Virus record (IMG/VR): IMGVR_UViG_3300037234_000698
From: an uncultured virus (IMG/VR IMGVR_UViG_3300037234_000698)
Lineage: Duplodnaviria > Heunggongvirae > Uroviricota > Caudoviricetes
DNA length: 64,000 nt
Reading direction: 5' to 3' (one strand)
Both the position numbers and the translations under genes were made by a program. Under the pieces are notes generated by a model. It was given only the letters and a program-made list of their open reading frames with translations, had not been told where the DNA came from and ran no database searches. Of the stretch, positions 26,990 to 34,640 are shown in pieces (positions within the stretch are counted from its first letter, which is position 1; each line of letters opens with the position of its first letter).

Positions 26990-28173
26990 CGCCCGCTTCC
27001 AACCCAGCGCGCCTGGAAGCCCTGGGGGTCGATGGCGAAGCGGCGAGCTCGCGCAAGGATCCGGCGGTAGGCCTTCTTCTGCTGCTGTTTGTGATCGAAC
27101 TCGTACTGGTTGAACCGGGCCATGGCGGCGCGAGTCCGGCCAGGGGTGTCGATGGGGAGCCCCTCGTGCTCGGGCACGGCGAAGTCGGCGCTGGGGAGCT
27201 CGTGGCGCTCCTCGGCAGTGATCGCCGGGTTGGTGGAGTAGCCCCGGAACTGGTTGAACTCGACGAGCGTTTCGCGCTCGCTCTCATCGGCGCCGGGGTG
27301 AGGGCGATAGCCCTCGTTGGGGCCGCCGTCGCCGGGGCCTGCCCAGAAAGCGATGGGGGTCGAGTCGCGATAGACGGTGCCTCCCAGCAGGGTCAGCGTG
27401 GTGTAGAGCCGCTCGCGCTCGCGGCTGCGCCTGGACGTGGCGTAGTGCGCCTCGCTGGCTCGGCCTGGGTTGGAGCGCGGCTTCATAGTGATGTCCCAGT
27501 CGCCGATGTAGCGCTCGGCGGCCTCGTCGGCTTCCCTGGGCGCCATCTGCAGCGCCTCGTCGCGGTCGTAGGAGATGGTCGACCACTCGCTTCCGAGCAG
27601 GCGGCCGTTCTGCCAGACGGCCGGTAGCCAGCCGCCCTGGCGCTCGTTCTTGTTCTTGACCACGCCGTACTCGAACACGAGCTCGTCGTCGGCGTACTCG
27701 GGTGCCGGGTTGCCGCGCACCAGGCGGTCGAGGCCCTCCTCGGTGATCTGGAGCTGCCGGCTACCGCCCTGGCCCATCACGTCCTCGACCAGTCCCGCCT
27801 TCCGCAGTCGGTTGACCGTCGTGGAGCCGAAGTGCCAGGACGACTTCGGGCCTTCGCGCTGGAGTTGGTCGAGCGCTTCGAGCTGCTTGGCGGTCAGGCC
27901 GCGCGCCGGATTGAACAGCGAGCCCTGGGGGTCGTCGGGCGGCTCGCCGCCGAAGAGAGCGCCCTGCTGTTGCTTGCGGAGCTTGGGCGGCGGCTTCACG
28001 CCTGGCGGCTTACGGTCGAGCTCGACCATGCCGATGCTCGTCTGGCCCTGCTTCCGCAGCCGGTTGAGGTGCGAGTAGGCGCGCTCTTCGTCGGCCGTGG
28101 CCGAGATGTACTCCGGAGGCTGGCCCTCGACGATGCGAGCAACGCAGTAGTAGGTGCGCGGGTTGTGCATCAT
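26986..28173 (-). CDS. NP-punctuated multi-module protein including winged-HTH-like and DUF6582-like modules
   Basis: Start MMHNP at an ATGA overlap; five NP junctions; LT..QLEAL..L...T...L...GLV...ITEEG; ER..LP..DFA.P...P......AA.ARF.Q. Confidence 0.75.
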   Translation of the reverse strand: MMHNPRTYYCVARIVEGQPPEYISATADEERAYSHLNRLRKQGQTSIGMVELDRKPPGVKPPPKLRKQQQGALFGGEPPDDPQGSLFNPARGLTAKQLEALDQLQREGPKSSWHFGSTTVNRLRKAGLVEDVMGQGGSRQLQITEEGLDRLVRGNPAPEYADDELVFEYGVVKNKNERQGGWLPAVWQNGRLLGSEWSTISYDRDEALQMAPREADEAAERYIGDWDITMKPRSNPGRASEAHYATSRRSRERERLYTTLTLLGGTVYRDSTPIAFWAGPGDGGPNEGYRPHPGADESERETLVEFNQFRGYSTNPAITAEERHELPSADFAVPEHEGLPIDTPGRTRAAMARFNQYEFDHKQQQKKAYRRILARARRFAIDPQGFQARWVGSGR

Positions 28174-28481
28174 GGCGACTCCACCCAGGCCGCCCTGGCC
28201 ATCGAGTAGCACGCGACCTGCTCGTCGTTGGCGTTCTCGACCTGCTCGCCGGCGTTCCGTCCAAGCCCGGCCGCCTGCAGAGCGGAGTTGTCGTCGTACG
28301 GCTCGGCAATGAGACGGGCGATCTCGTAGACGTAGACCTCGGCGTCGTCGAAGACGAACCAGAACCACGGCGGCGCGCTGTTCTGCTTGTGGCCGTACGC
28401 GAACCACTCCTCGAGCTCCTCGATCAGCACGCCGCGCATGATCGAAATCTCATCTCTGTCGGGTTCGTGAAAGCTCGGCAT
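28170..28481 (-). CDS. hypothetical protein
   Basis: GGAG RBS; coupled ORF. Confidence 0.65.
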   Translation of the reverse strand: MPSFHEPDRDEISIMRGVLIEELEEWFAYGHKQNSAPPWFWFVFDDAEVYVYEIARLIAEPYDDNSALQAAGLGRNAGEQVENANDEQVACYSMARAAWVESP

Positions 28482-28491
28482 CGAAGTGCTC

Positions 28492-28983
28492 CTAGACGTC
28501 GATCACCACGTTCTTGTCGACCACGACCTTCCAGGGGCACACGGCGAAGCCAAACTGGCGCCGAAGGTCGGGCTCGACCTCGAACGTGCAGGCGAACTCC
28601 GCGACGCTGAGCAGGCCGCCGGCGCCCTGGGGGAGAGCGCTGCGCATCTGCGCTGGCTTCCAGCCCGGGAACACCGGCACGCGCGCTTTTGCGTCGTACG
28701 ATACATCCTTGTTCTCGGCGCCGATCCGCAGCATCCGGGTGTTGCCGGTCATCATGCAGAGCGGGCAGATCACGTAGATGTACATCGGCTGCCCTGGCAG
28801 CTGATAGACGTCGGCTTCGAGGATGATCTCGCGCCCGTTGGGGAGCGCGTAGTAGAGCATCGGGTGGCCGATGGCGGTGCGGGTGAGGTCGTATCCGGCG
28901 GCTACGCCGCGCAGATCGGTGCCGGCCGGGTCTGGCTGATCGCCGGCTACGTAGAATGTCTCTTTGAGTGCATCTTGAGTCAT
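28492..28983 (-). CDS. hypothetical Cys-containing protein
   Basis: CPLC...C...C. Confidence 0.65.
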   Translation of the reverse strand: MTQDALKETFYVAGDQPDPAGTDLRGVAAGYDLTRTAIGHPMLYYALPNGREIILEADVYQLPGQPMYIYVICPLCMMTGNTRMLRIGAENKDVSYDAKARVPVFPGWKPAQMRSALPQGAGGLLSVAEFACTFEVEPDLRRQFGFAVCPWKVVVDKNVVIDV

Positions 28984-28992
28984 GCCCAGATG

Positions 28993-29280
28993 CTAGCGCT
29001 TCTTCTTCAGCAGCAGAACCAGAACAAGCGCTCCGGCTCCGAGGCCCACCGGGAGCAACCACTTCGGGGTTCGCCCTGGCGGCTTGCGGCCAGAGGCGGC
29101 GGCGGCCTGGGCTTTGGCGATCTCCTCGTAGGCCGCGGCCTTGCCCGCCGTCTGTTGGGCCTGCCCGTAGAAGTTCAACCCGCCCGAGAGCAGGCCCTTG
29201 ACTGTGTCCGTGAAATCGCCCATGCCTGAGTAGCCCTGGCGCGCGACGAGCTCGGTGGCTCCGACATCAAAATAGCTCAT
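28993..29280 (-). CDS. tail-anchored membrane protein
   Basis: MSYFDVGA, YSGMGD, C-terminal TM plus KKKR. Confidence 0.8.
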   Translation of the reverse strand: MSYFDVGATELVARQGYSGMGDFTDTVKGLLSGGLNFYGQAQQTAGKAAAYEEIAKAQAAAASGRKPPGRTPKWLLPVGLGAGALVLVLLLKKKR

Positions 29281-29849
29281 TTTTTCCTCCGTTTGAGAAG
29301 CACGACCAGGAGCACGAGGGCGCCCCCGCCTGCGAGTAGCAGTCCGATGGGAAGGCCCTTGCGCGGCGCGCCGGGCATTCCGGCGCCTGGACCCATTTCG
29401 GCCGTCTGCTCGGCGACCTGCTGGGCGATTCCTTCGAGGATCGCGGCCTGCTCCTCCGGGGTGCTACCCTTGCGGATCTCGTCGTAGCACTGCTGGAGCA
29501 TGTCCTCGGGCACACCCGCCTGGCGGCAGAGCGGGAAGATCACGCTCTTGCGCCCCTCGCGCACAATGGCTGGCGCGCCAGCGCGCTTGACCGCCGCGGC
29601 CAGCGACAGGCCGCGCTTGAGGTCGGCGACGCAGCCGGGCCGACGACTGACGGAGACGCCAGCATCTCTGCACTGGGAGCTCGGACTCGTGGAAGGCGTC
29701 CACTTCCCAGTCGAGACGACGGCGCAAGGGTTCTTGCCATCGGCTCGCTTGCGCCTCCAGTGGGCCGCCACGTTCCCAACTTTCGGGCACCAGACGTGAG
29801 TGGCCGCGCTGGGCGCCGCGGCTCGGGCTCCGACGGGTAGGTAGCTCAT
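29277..29849 (-). CDS. tail-anchored Cys-containing membrane protein
   Basis: MSYLPVGA; TM plus KRRKK. Confidence 0.8.
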   Translation of the reverse strand: MSYLPVGARAAAPSAATHVWCPKVGNVAAHWRRKRADGKNPCAVVSTGKWTPSTSPSSQCRDAGVSVSRRPGCVADLKRGLSLAAAVKRAGAPAIVREGRKSVIFPLCRQAGVPEDMLQQCYDEIRKGSTPEEQAAILEGIAQQVAEQTAEMGPGAGMPGAPRKGLPIGLLLAGGGALVLLVVLLKRRKK

Positions 29850-29850
29850 G

Positions 29851-30963
29851 CTATCTCCTCACGACCAGGAAGTAGTAGCCGAGGGCGGCGGCGGCCAGGC
29901 CGCCGAGGATCAGCTTGGTTCGCCGGCTCATGGGCTTGGAGGCCTCGAGCCGGGCCATGATCTCCTCCGCGGTTTCCCCTTCCTCGCCCGGGATCGGCTC
30001 GGCTTCGTAGGTCGGAATCTCGATGCGACCGCCAGTGAACATAGATGCGCCCTTCTGGGCGTAGCCGGCCTCGGTCCTGGTGAGCGCCACGCCCGCCTGG
30101 CGGGCCTTGTAGCGGCTCCAGGCGTCGTCTGCGGGCGCCAGGACGTCCCGGCGCGGCGTGCCGATGCCAGAGCCGATCTGGACGCTGGGCTGCCGGAGCG
30201 GCGGGGCGATGGTCAGGACGGGCCTTCGGGGCGCGAGGCCGACCTGGGCCGCCGTCTGTCGGCCGCTGAGAATGACCGGAGCTCGGGTCGGGCCGTACTT
30301 GCGGGTGGTGACGCCCGGGTAGATCCGCCGGACGCCGGACGACGGCCGGGCAATCGTGGGGATCCCGCGGATGACCCCGGCGGTCGGGCTTCCGGCAATG
30401 CGCCCGACGGTGGGGGCTGGAGCGCTCCGAGGCGCCGGGGCGCTCGCGGCGATGGCGCCGGCGCCCTGGTAACTGTCCGCGAAATAGGGCATATCGCCTC
30501 CTGTGCCGAGCAGGGCTGTAGACGGGCCGTAGTTCTTCCAGGCCCTCACCGCGGCGTGCTCGGGCGCCTGGGCGGGTAGGGGGCCTCCGGAGAGGCCCTT
30601 GGAGATAACGCAGTTGGCGCCGAAGACGACGCGGCCGTCGACCTCGACCTGGCAGGCGCCGGTCTGAGCTCCCTCGGGGACCACGACGGATCCGCCGTAG
30701 GGACTCATCATGGCGATGGCCTGGGCGGGGACGCCGGCGAAGCGCACCACTACCTGGCCTTGGAATTTGCCAGCGAAGTTGCCCTGGACGGTGACCACGT
30801 CGCCCCACTTGACCGTGGTCGGAAACAGCGAGGCGGGCATCGACGGCGTGGGGTGCCCCGGCGAGGCCGGGCCGGGCACGCCGCTGGCGACGTCGCCGCC
30901 GCGGCGCATTCCGTAGACTCCCGGTTGAAACTGGCCGAGAGAGTGATCACGGTAGTAGCTCAC
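29851..30963 (-). CDS. tail-anchored protein with IPT/TIG-like N-terminal domain
   Basis: MSYYRDHSLGQ; GDVVTVQG.F...V.F.G..A...VVVPEGA.TG...V; C-terminal TM plus RR. Confidence 0.72.
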   Translation of the reverse strand: MSYYRDHSLGQFQPGVYGMRRGGDVASGVPGPASPGHPTPSMPASLFPTTVKWGDVVTVQGNFAGKFQGQVVVRFAGVPAQAIAMMSPYGGSVVVPEGAQTGACQVEVDGRVVFGANCVISKGLSGGPLPAQAPEHAAVRAWKNYGPSTALLGTGGDMPYFADSYQGAGAIAASAPAPRSAPAPTVGRIAGSPTAGVIRGIPTIARPSSGVRRIYPGVTTRKYGPTRAPVILSGRQTAAQVGLAPRRPVLTIAPPLRQPSVQIGSGIGTPRRDVLAPADDAWSRYKARQAGVALTRTEAGYAQKGASMFTGGRIEIPTYEAEPIPGEEGETAEEIMARLEASKPMSRRTKLILGGLAAAALGYYFLVVRR

Positions 30964-31292
30964 TTGCCACTCCCACGAATAAACCAGCCGAGGCCCACGA
31001 GGCCGCCCACGACGGCCACGCCCACCAGGGGCAGAAGCCAGGGGCGCTGCCGCGCGTACACCACGGCCTTGAGCGGCTTGACCGCGCGACAGAGGCCTAC
31101 GCCTCCAAACTTAGGGGTTGCTCCGGTCGGGGTGAAGGAGGAGACGGCCTTGCGAGATTCGAGCTCGTTGAGCTTGAGCACCAGCGACGTCACGTCATAC
31201 AGGCACGGATCGGTCATCACCTTGGCCGCCGCTTTGGCGACCTCCCTGATGTCCGCTCCTACTGCAGTCGGGTATTTCCGCTGATAGCTCAT
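30960..31292 (-). CDS. tail-anchored membrane protein
   Basis: MSYQ...AVGAD; C-terminal TM. Confidence 0.75.
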   Translation of the reverse strand: MSYQRKYPTAVGADIREVAKAAAKVMTDPCLYDVTSLVLKLNELESRKAVSSFTPTGATPKFGGVGLCRAVKPLKAVVYARQRPWLLPLVGVAVVGGLVGLGWFIRGSGK

Positions 31293-31298
31293 GCGCGA

Positions 31299-31396
31299 GT
31301 TCCTGAAGTGGTCCGTCGGACGATTGACACATGCTGGCCAGCTCTCCGGTGTTCTCGTCAGCTTGGACCCCCCGCTCGACGGGCCACTTCAAGAAC
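31299..31396. repeat. 20-bp imperfect inverted repeat enclosing 58 nt; candidate structured RNA
   Basis: GTTCCTGAAGTGGTCCGTCG (31299-31318) versus CGACGGGCCACTTCAAGAAC (31377-31396), 18/20 complementary. Confidence 0.85.
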
Positions 31397-31408
31397 CCCC
31401 GCTGCCGC

Positions 31409-32110
31409 CTACCTCTTCTTCTTCCCCTTGAGCATTCCTTTCACTCGTTCGCCTACACCCATCTTGTCCCAAACGATCACGCCGATGACGGCGAGAGCGC
31501 CTATCTTCAGCCAGAAGCCCTCGTCGGTGCATTTGCCGGCCATCTGGCAGTCGATCTTCGCCTGGTTCTTCGCGATGTCGGCCTTCGAGCGAATGCTCGA
31601 ACTGATGACGAAGGCCACCCCGCCGACCACGATCACAAGCGGCCACATCCAAATGATGCCGGTGGCCTGCTGGACCGGCGCGTCGCCTGGCAGCTGACCG
31701 CCGATGGCGATCTTGGCGAGGTTCACCGCAGCCAGGGGATCCTTGGCAACATCAGGAGCTGGCAGCTGCGCGGGATCGAACACCTCCGAAAGGAGGGCGT
31801 AGAGCTCCAGAGCCAGCGGCTGCTCGACCGCATAGCGCCGCTCTCGAAGCCCAGACGCCAGGGCCGACGGGTGAGGCGGCCTTGCTCCCGGCCGCTTGAG
31901 TAGCGGCGTCGAGATGTCGGCGCCCCGCCCTTCGGCGAGCAGACTGATCTTTTTCCGGTAGCTGAGCCACGACTTCAGCGAGGCCTTCATGCTCTTGAGG
32001 GACGCCTTGGACCTGGCCGCGGCCTCCTTCGTGACGGGAGCGGTAGGGACGGCGTCGACCGTCATCTCGTCGGCACCCATCTGGTAGCTCACCGGGCTGT
32101 AAATGGACAT
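31409..32110 (-). CDS. two-TM membrane protein
   Basis: AGGAG RBS; MSIYSPVSYQMGAD; two C-terminal TMs; KGKKKR. Confidence 0.78.
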   Translation of the reverse strand: MSIYSPVSYQMGADEMTVDAVPTAPVTKEAAARSKASLKSMKASLKSWLSYRKKISLLAEGRGADISTPLLKRPGARPPHPSALASGLRERRYAVEQPLALELYALLSEVFDPAQLPAPDVAKDPLAAVNLAKIAIGGQLPGDAPVQQATGIIWMWPLVIVVGGVAFVISSSIRSKADIAKNQAKIDCQMAGKCTDEGFWLKIGALAVIGVIVWDKMGVGERVKGMLKGKKKR

Positions 32111-32123
32111 GGTCGCGTTCTCC

Positions 32124-32534
32124 TTAGCAGGCCCCGAGGGAGCCGAGGCCACAGCCGCCCAGCGAGCCCAGGCCGTTGCTGCCGAGGGAGCCGACTCCGG
32201 CGAGCTCCAGCGACTTGACGAGGTGGTCGCACGAGGAGGTGGGCGCACGGTTGCCCTGGAAGTTCCAGCAGACCGGCGCGCCCGACAGGTTCTTCTTGAG
32301 GAACAGCCCGTTCTTCGGGTCGATTGCGAGGATCGGCTTCGAGCCGGTGTTGCTCGGGCCGGGCTTGCCCTTCACGATCTGGCTCGTGTAGGCGGTGCCC
32401 ATCGTGATCCCCTTCGCGGCTGGCGCCGCGGCCTTGCCCTTGCCCCGCAGAAAGAAATACCAGATGCCGGCGGCGGCGACGGCGCCCCCGATCAGCAACA
32501 TGGTGGTGTCTGGGTTCTTCTTGCGTGCCATCAT
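32124..32534 (-). CDS. N-anchored membrane protein with NP motif and (G/S)LG-repeat tail
   Basis: RKKNPD, TM, ending GVGSLGSNGLGSLGGCGLGSLGAC. Confidence 0.75.
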   Translation of the reverse strand: MMARKKNPDTTMLLIGGAVAAAGIWYFFLRGKGKAAAPAAKGITMGTAYTSQIVKGKPGPSNTGSKPILAIDPKNGLFLKKNLSGAPVCWNFQGNRAPTSSCDHLVKSLELAGVGSLGSNGLGSLGGCGLGSLGAC

Positions 32535-33061
32535 TTCCTCCAGAAAAGTAACCAGAGCACACCGACGACGGCGCCGGCGAAGAGAAGCGGACTTGAGCTC
32601 GAGCCCGCGCACCGCTTGATGGTGCCAGCGCCGATCTTCTCGCCGAGCGTCATCATCCGCTCGATGATGCGGTCCTGGTTCCAGGCGACCCACATCTGCT
32701 CGGGCGTCGGCTTGGGCGTGATCGGTTCGTCCTCGGCCCACTCGGCCGCCTTGTCGAGCGCGACTTCGAGATTGCCCAGGAGGGTTTCGCGCGAGCTCGC
32801 GTTGCAGACGAAGTGCGAAACGAGGTAGCGCTGGATGCGGACGACGCGGTCGGCGTCCGTTGCGTCGATCTTGGCGTCCTGCCGAACCTTCGGGAACCCG
32901 ACCATGCCGGCGTAGGCGTTGATCGCGATCTCGATCTGCTCGGCGTTGACCTCGTCGAAGCCGTAGCGGCCGGCGGTCGCACCGCCGATCCTGACTCCCC
33001 CGACGGTGTCACCCACCGCGAGGGAGGGGCCAATCTGGCCGAATGTCGCGACTCGCGCCAT
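32531..33061 (-). CDS. tail-anchored membrane protein
   Basis: C-terminal TM plus WRK. Confidence 0.75.
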   Translation of the reverse strand: MARVATFGQIGPSLAVGDTVGGVRIGGATAGRYGFDEVNAEQIEIAINAYAGMVGFPKVRQDAKIDATDADRVVRIQRYLVSHFVCNASSRETLLGNLEVALDKAAEWAEDEPITPKPTPEQMWVAWNQDRIIERMMTLGEKIGAGTIKRCAGSSSSPLLFAGAVVGVLWLLFWRK

Positions 33062-33068
33062 GGCGAGC

Positions 33069-33716
33069 CTACAGGTTGACGATCTTGTAGCCGGGGAACC
33101 CGAAGTAGAGCTCGCCCTGCGTTGTCGGCTCGTCCACGCCGTCCGCGAACGCGATCCGCTCGTAGGTCGGCCACACGGAAATCACCGTATTCGGAGCGAA
33201 CAATGTCGGAACGGGGAGGGGGAAAAGCGCATCCGGGCGACTGAAAATTGGCCCCGCCGCTTCGTTCTGGAAGTTGCGCTGGCTGCCCGAGTCGCTGAGC
33301 TCCCAGGAGAGGTCGATCAGATCGGTGTCGAGCACCTGATCGGGAAGCGGCCAGGTCGAGACAGGACGCCACGCGCCGAAGTTGGTAGCGGTGTCTGGCG
33401 CGTTGGGCTTCCACATCGCGATGGGATAGTGCGTCGCGATGAAGGGGCCGTCCTGTGAAATGAGAAATTGGAGCGGATCGCCCCGCCTCCCGGCCAGCGT
33501 GTCGTCGAAGTCGACGCGGTCGGAGAGCGTGTAGAAGATCCGGCGGCCAGGGATGCTGTCGATCTCTTGGGTGATCGACCGCGGCTGCTCTTCGCAGGCC
33601 TGGATGAACTCCTCGTACTTGTCGAGGATGGCCTTGTGCTGGGATTCAATCGCCTTCTGGCGGCTCACCAGCTTACGGACCAAGCCGTGCAGCTGCTGCT
33701 CTTTGGTAGTCAACAT
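33069..33716 (-). CDS. probable second single-jelly-roll capsid or penton-type protein
   Basis: N-terminal helix then a beta-rich body (ISQDGPF, DSGSQRNFQN, LPVPTLF..NTVISV, YFGFPGYK); directly follows the putative MCP. The fold is inferred. Confidence 0.55.
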   Translation of the reverse strand: MLTTKEQQLHGLVRKLVSRQKAIESQHKAILDKYEEFIQACEEQPRSITQEIDSIPGRRIFYTLSDRVDFDDTLAGRRGDPLQFLISQDGPFIATHYPIAMWKPNAPDTATNFGAWRPVSTWPLPDQVLDTDLIDLSWELSDSGSQRNFQNEAAGPIFSRPDALFPLPVPTLFAPNTVISVWPTYERIAFADGVDEPTTQGELYFGFPGYKIVNL

Positions 33717-33770
33717 TGTGCTCTCCCTGGGGGGTTAGCGCCGAGGCGCTCTCTGCAGCGAGCTGCAGGT

Positions 33771-33805
33771 AAAAGGGGCCGCCGCCGAGTGGACGGCGGC
33801 CCCCT
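33771..33805 (-). terminator. intrinsic terminator downstream of the putative MCP
   Basis: 10-bp stem GGGGCCGCCG/CGGCGGCCCC (33775-33784 and 33794-33803) followed by UUUU on the minus strand. Confidence 0.8.
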
Positions 33806-33882
33806 GGTTCAGCACTTTTGGCGAGTTCAGCTGAGAGTGTGGTCGGCCTTACGGTGCGACCCTCGTCGAAGTGTAGTGGGGC

Positions 33883-34464
33883 TCACTGAACATCGCGAGT
33901 TTGTAAGCCATCTATCACATAGGTGACACACATCTGGTCGTCAGTGGCCGCGTTGTTGATGATGTCCAGCACGTTGGTCGTGCCCATCGTGAAGAACTCG
34001 GCCTTGACCGCGATGTTCTGGCGCACCGGGATGATGATCGGCCTGGCCAGCTTGAGGATGCTCTGCTGGGAGGGGTAGCCGTTGTTGTAGATACCGGCCT
34101 GCTGTGGTCCCGGCGTCCCGTAGATGCCACCGCCCGCGGGGTGATACCAGCACGGCGCGACGAACTGCGGTTTGTCGCCCAAAGTGAGGGTGAAAAACAG
34201 CTGCGAGACGGTCTGGAGGTACAGGTCACGAGCGTTCGTGCCGTCATAGTAGAGCCATGCCCGCAGGGCCAGGATGACATATGTTTGGTCACTGGCCAAC
34301 TGGCCCGCGACTTGCATGTTCGTAAGCGCCAAGTTTCCGACATTGGAGTTGCCGAACAGAATGGAGCTCGCCGGGATGGTCGCGGCCGGGCTTCCGGTCG
34401 ACCTAAGCAGCGAATCCCAAACGGGTTGGTGGCGTCTCTCTCTTACTCCGTGTACTCGTGGCAT
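33883..34464 (-). CDS. probable single-jelly-roll major capsid protein
   Basis: GAGGAG RBS, ATG at 34464 (MPRVHG), 193 aa; HQPVWD, TNMQVAGQL, PIIIP..QN, IDG..TRDVQ; beta-rich; long structured leader and its own terminator. The fold is inferred. Confidence 0.6.
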   Translation of the reverse strand: MPRVHGVRERRHQPVWDSLLRSTGSPAATIPASSILFGNSNVGNLALTNMQVAGQLASDQTYVILALRAWLYYDGTNARDLYLQTVSQLFFTLTLGDKPQFVAPCWYHPAGGGIYGTPGPQQAGIYNNGYPSQQSILKLARPIIIPVRQNIAVKAEFFTMGTTNVLDIINNAATDDQMCVTYVIDGLQTRDVQ

Positions 34465-34640
34465 CTCGACTCTCCTCTGCCCGACATGGGCTGCTGTACG
34501 TTTGATGCGGCGGGTCATTCCGCCAGGCAGGTGCCGCCTGCCGTTAGTGGCCACTAGGGCCGGTTGTCTTATAGTGCAGCGGAGAGGGCAGATGAGAGGG
34601 GGGCTGAGAGTGCAGCTATATAAAGGAAGGGTGTCCGGCG
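34465..34640 (-). promoter_or_regulatory. structured 5' leader of the putative MCP
   Basis: 34586-34598 is 12/13 complementary to the RBS region 34470-34482; internal hairpins are present. Confidence 0.6.

Noticed and set aside
31330..31376. CUGACGA on the minus strand resembling a hammerhead ribozyme core
   Set aside because: No downstream stem II followed by GAAA is present, so the catalytic core is incomplete.
33883..34554. Longer 223-aa start for the putative capsid protein
   Set aside because: The strong SD sits just before ATG 34464, and the upstream stretch is hairpin-rich and looks like a leader.
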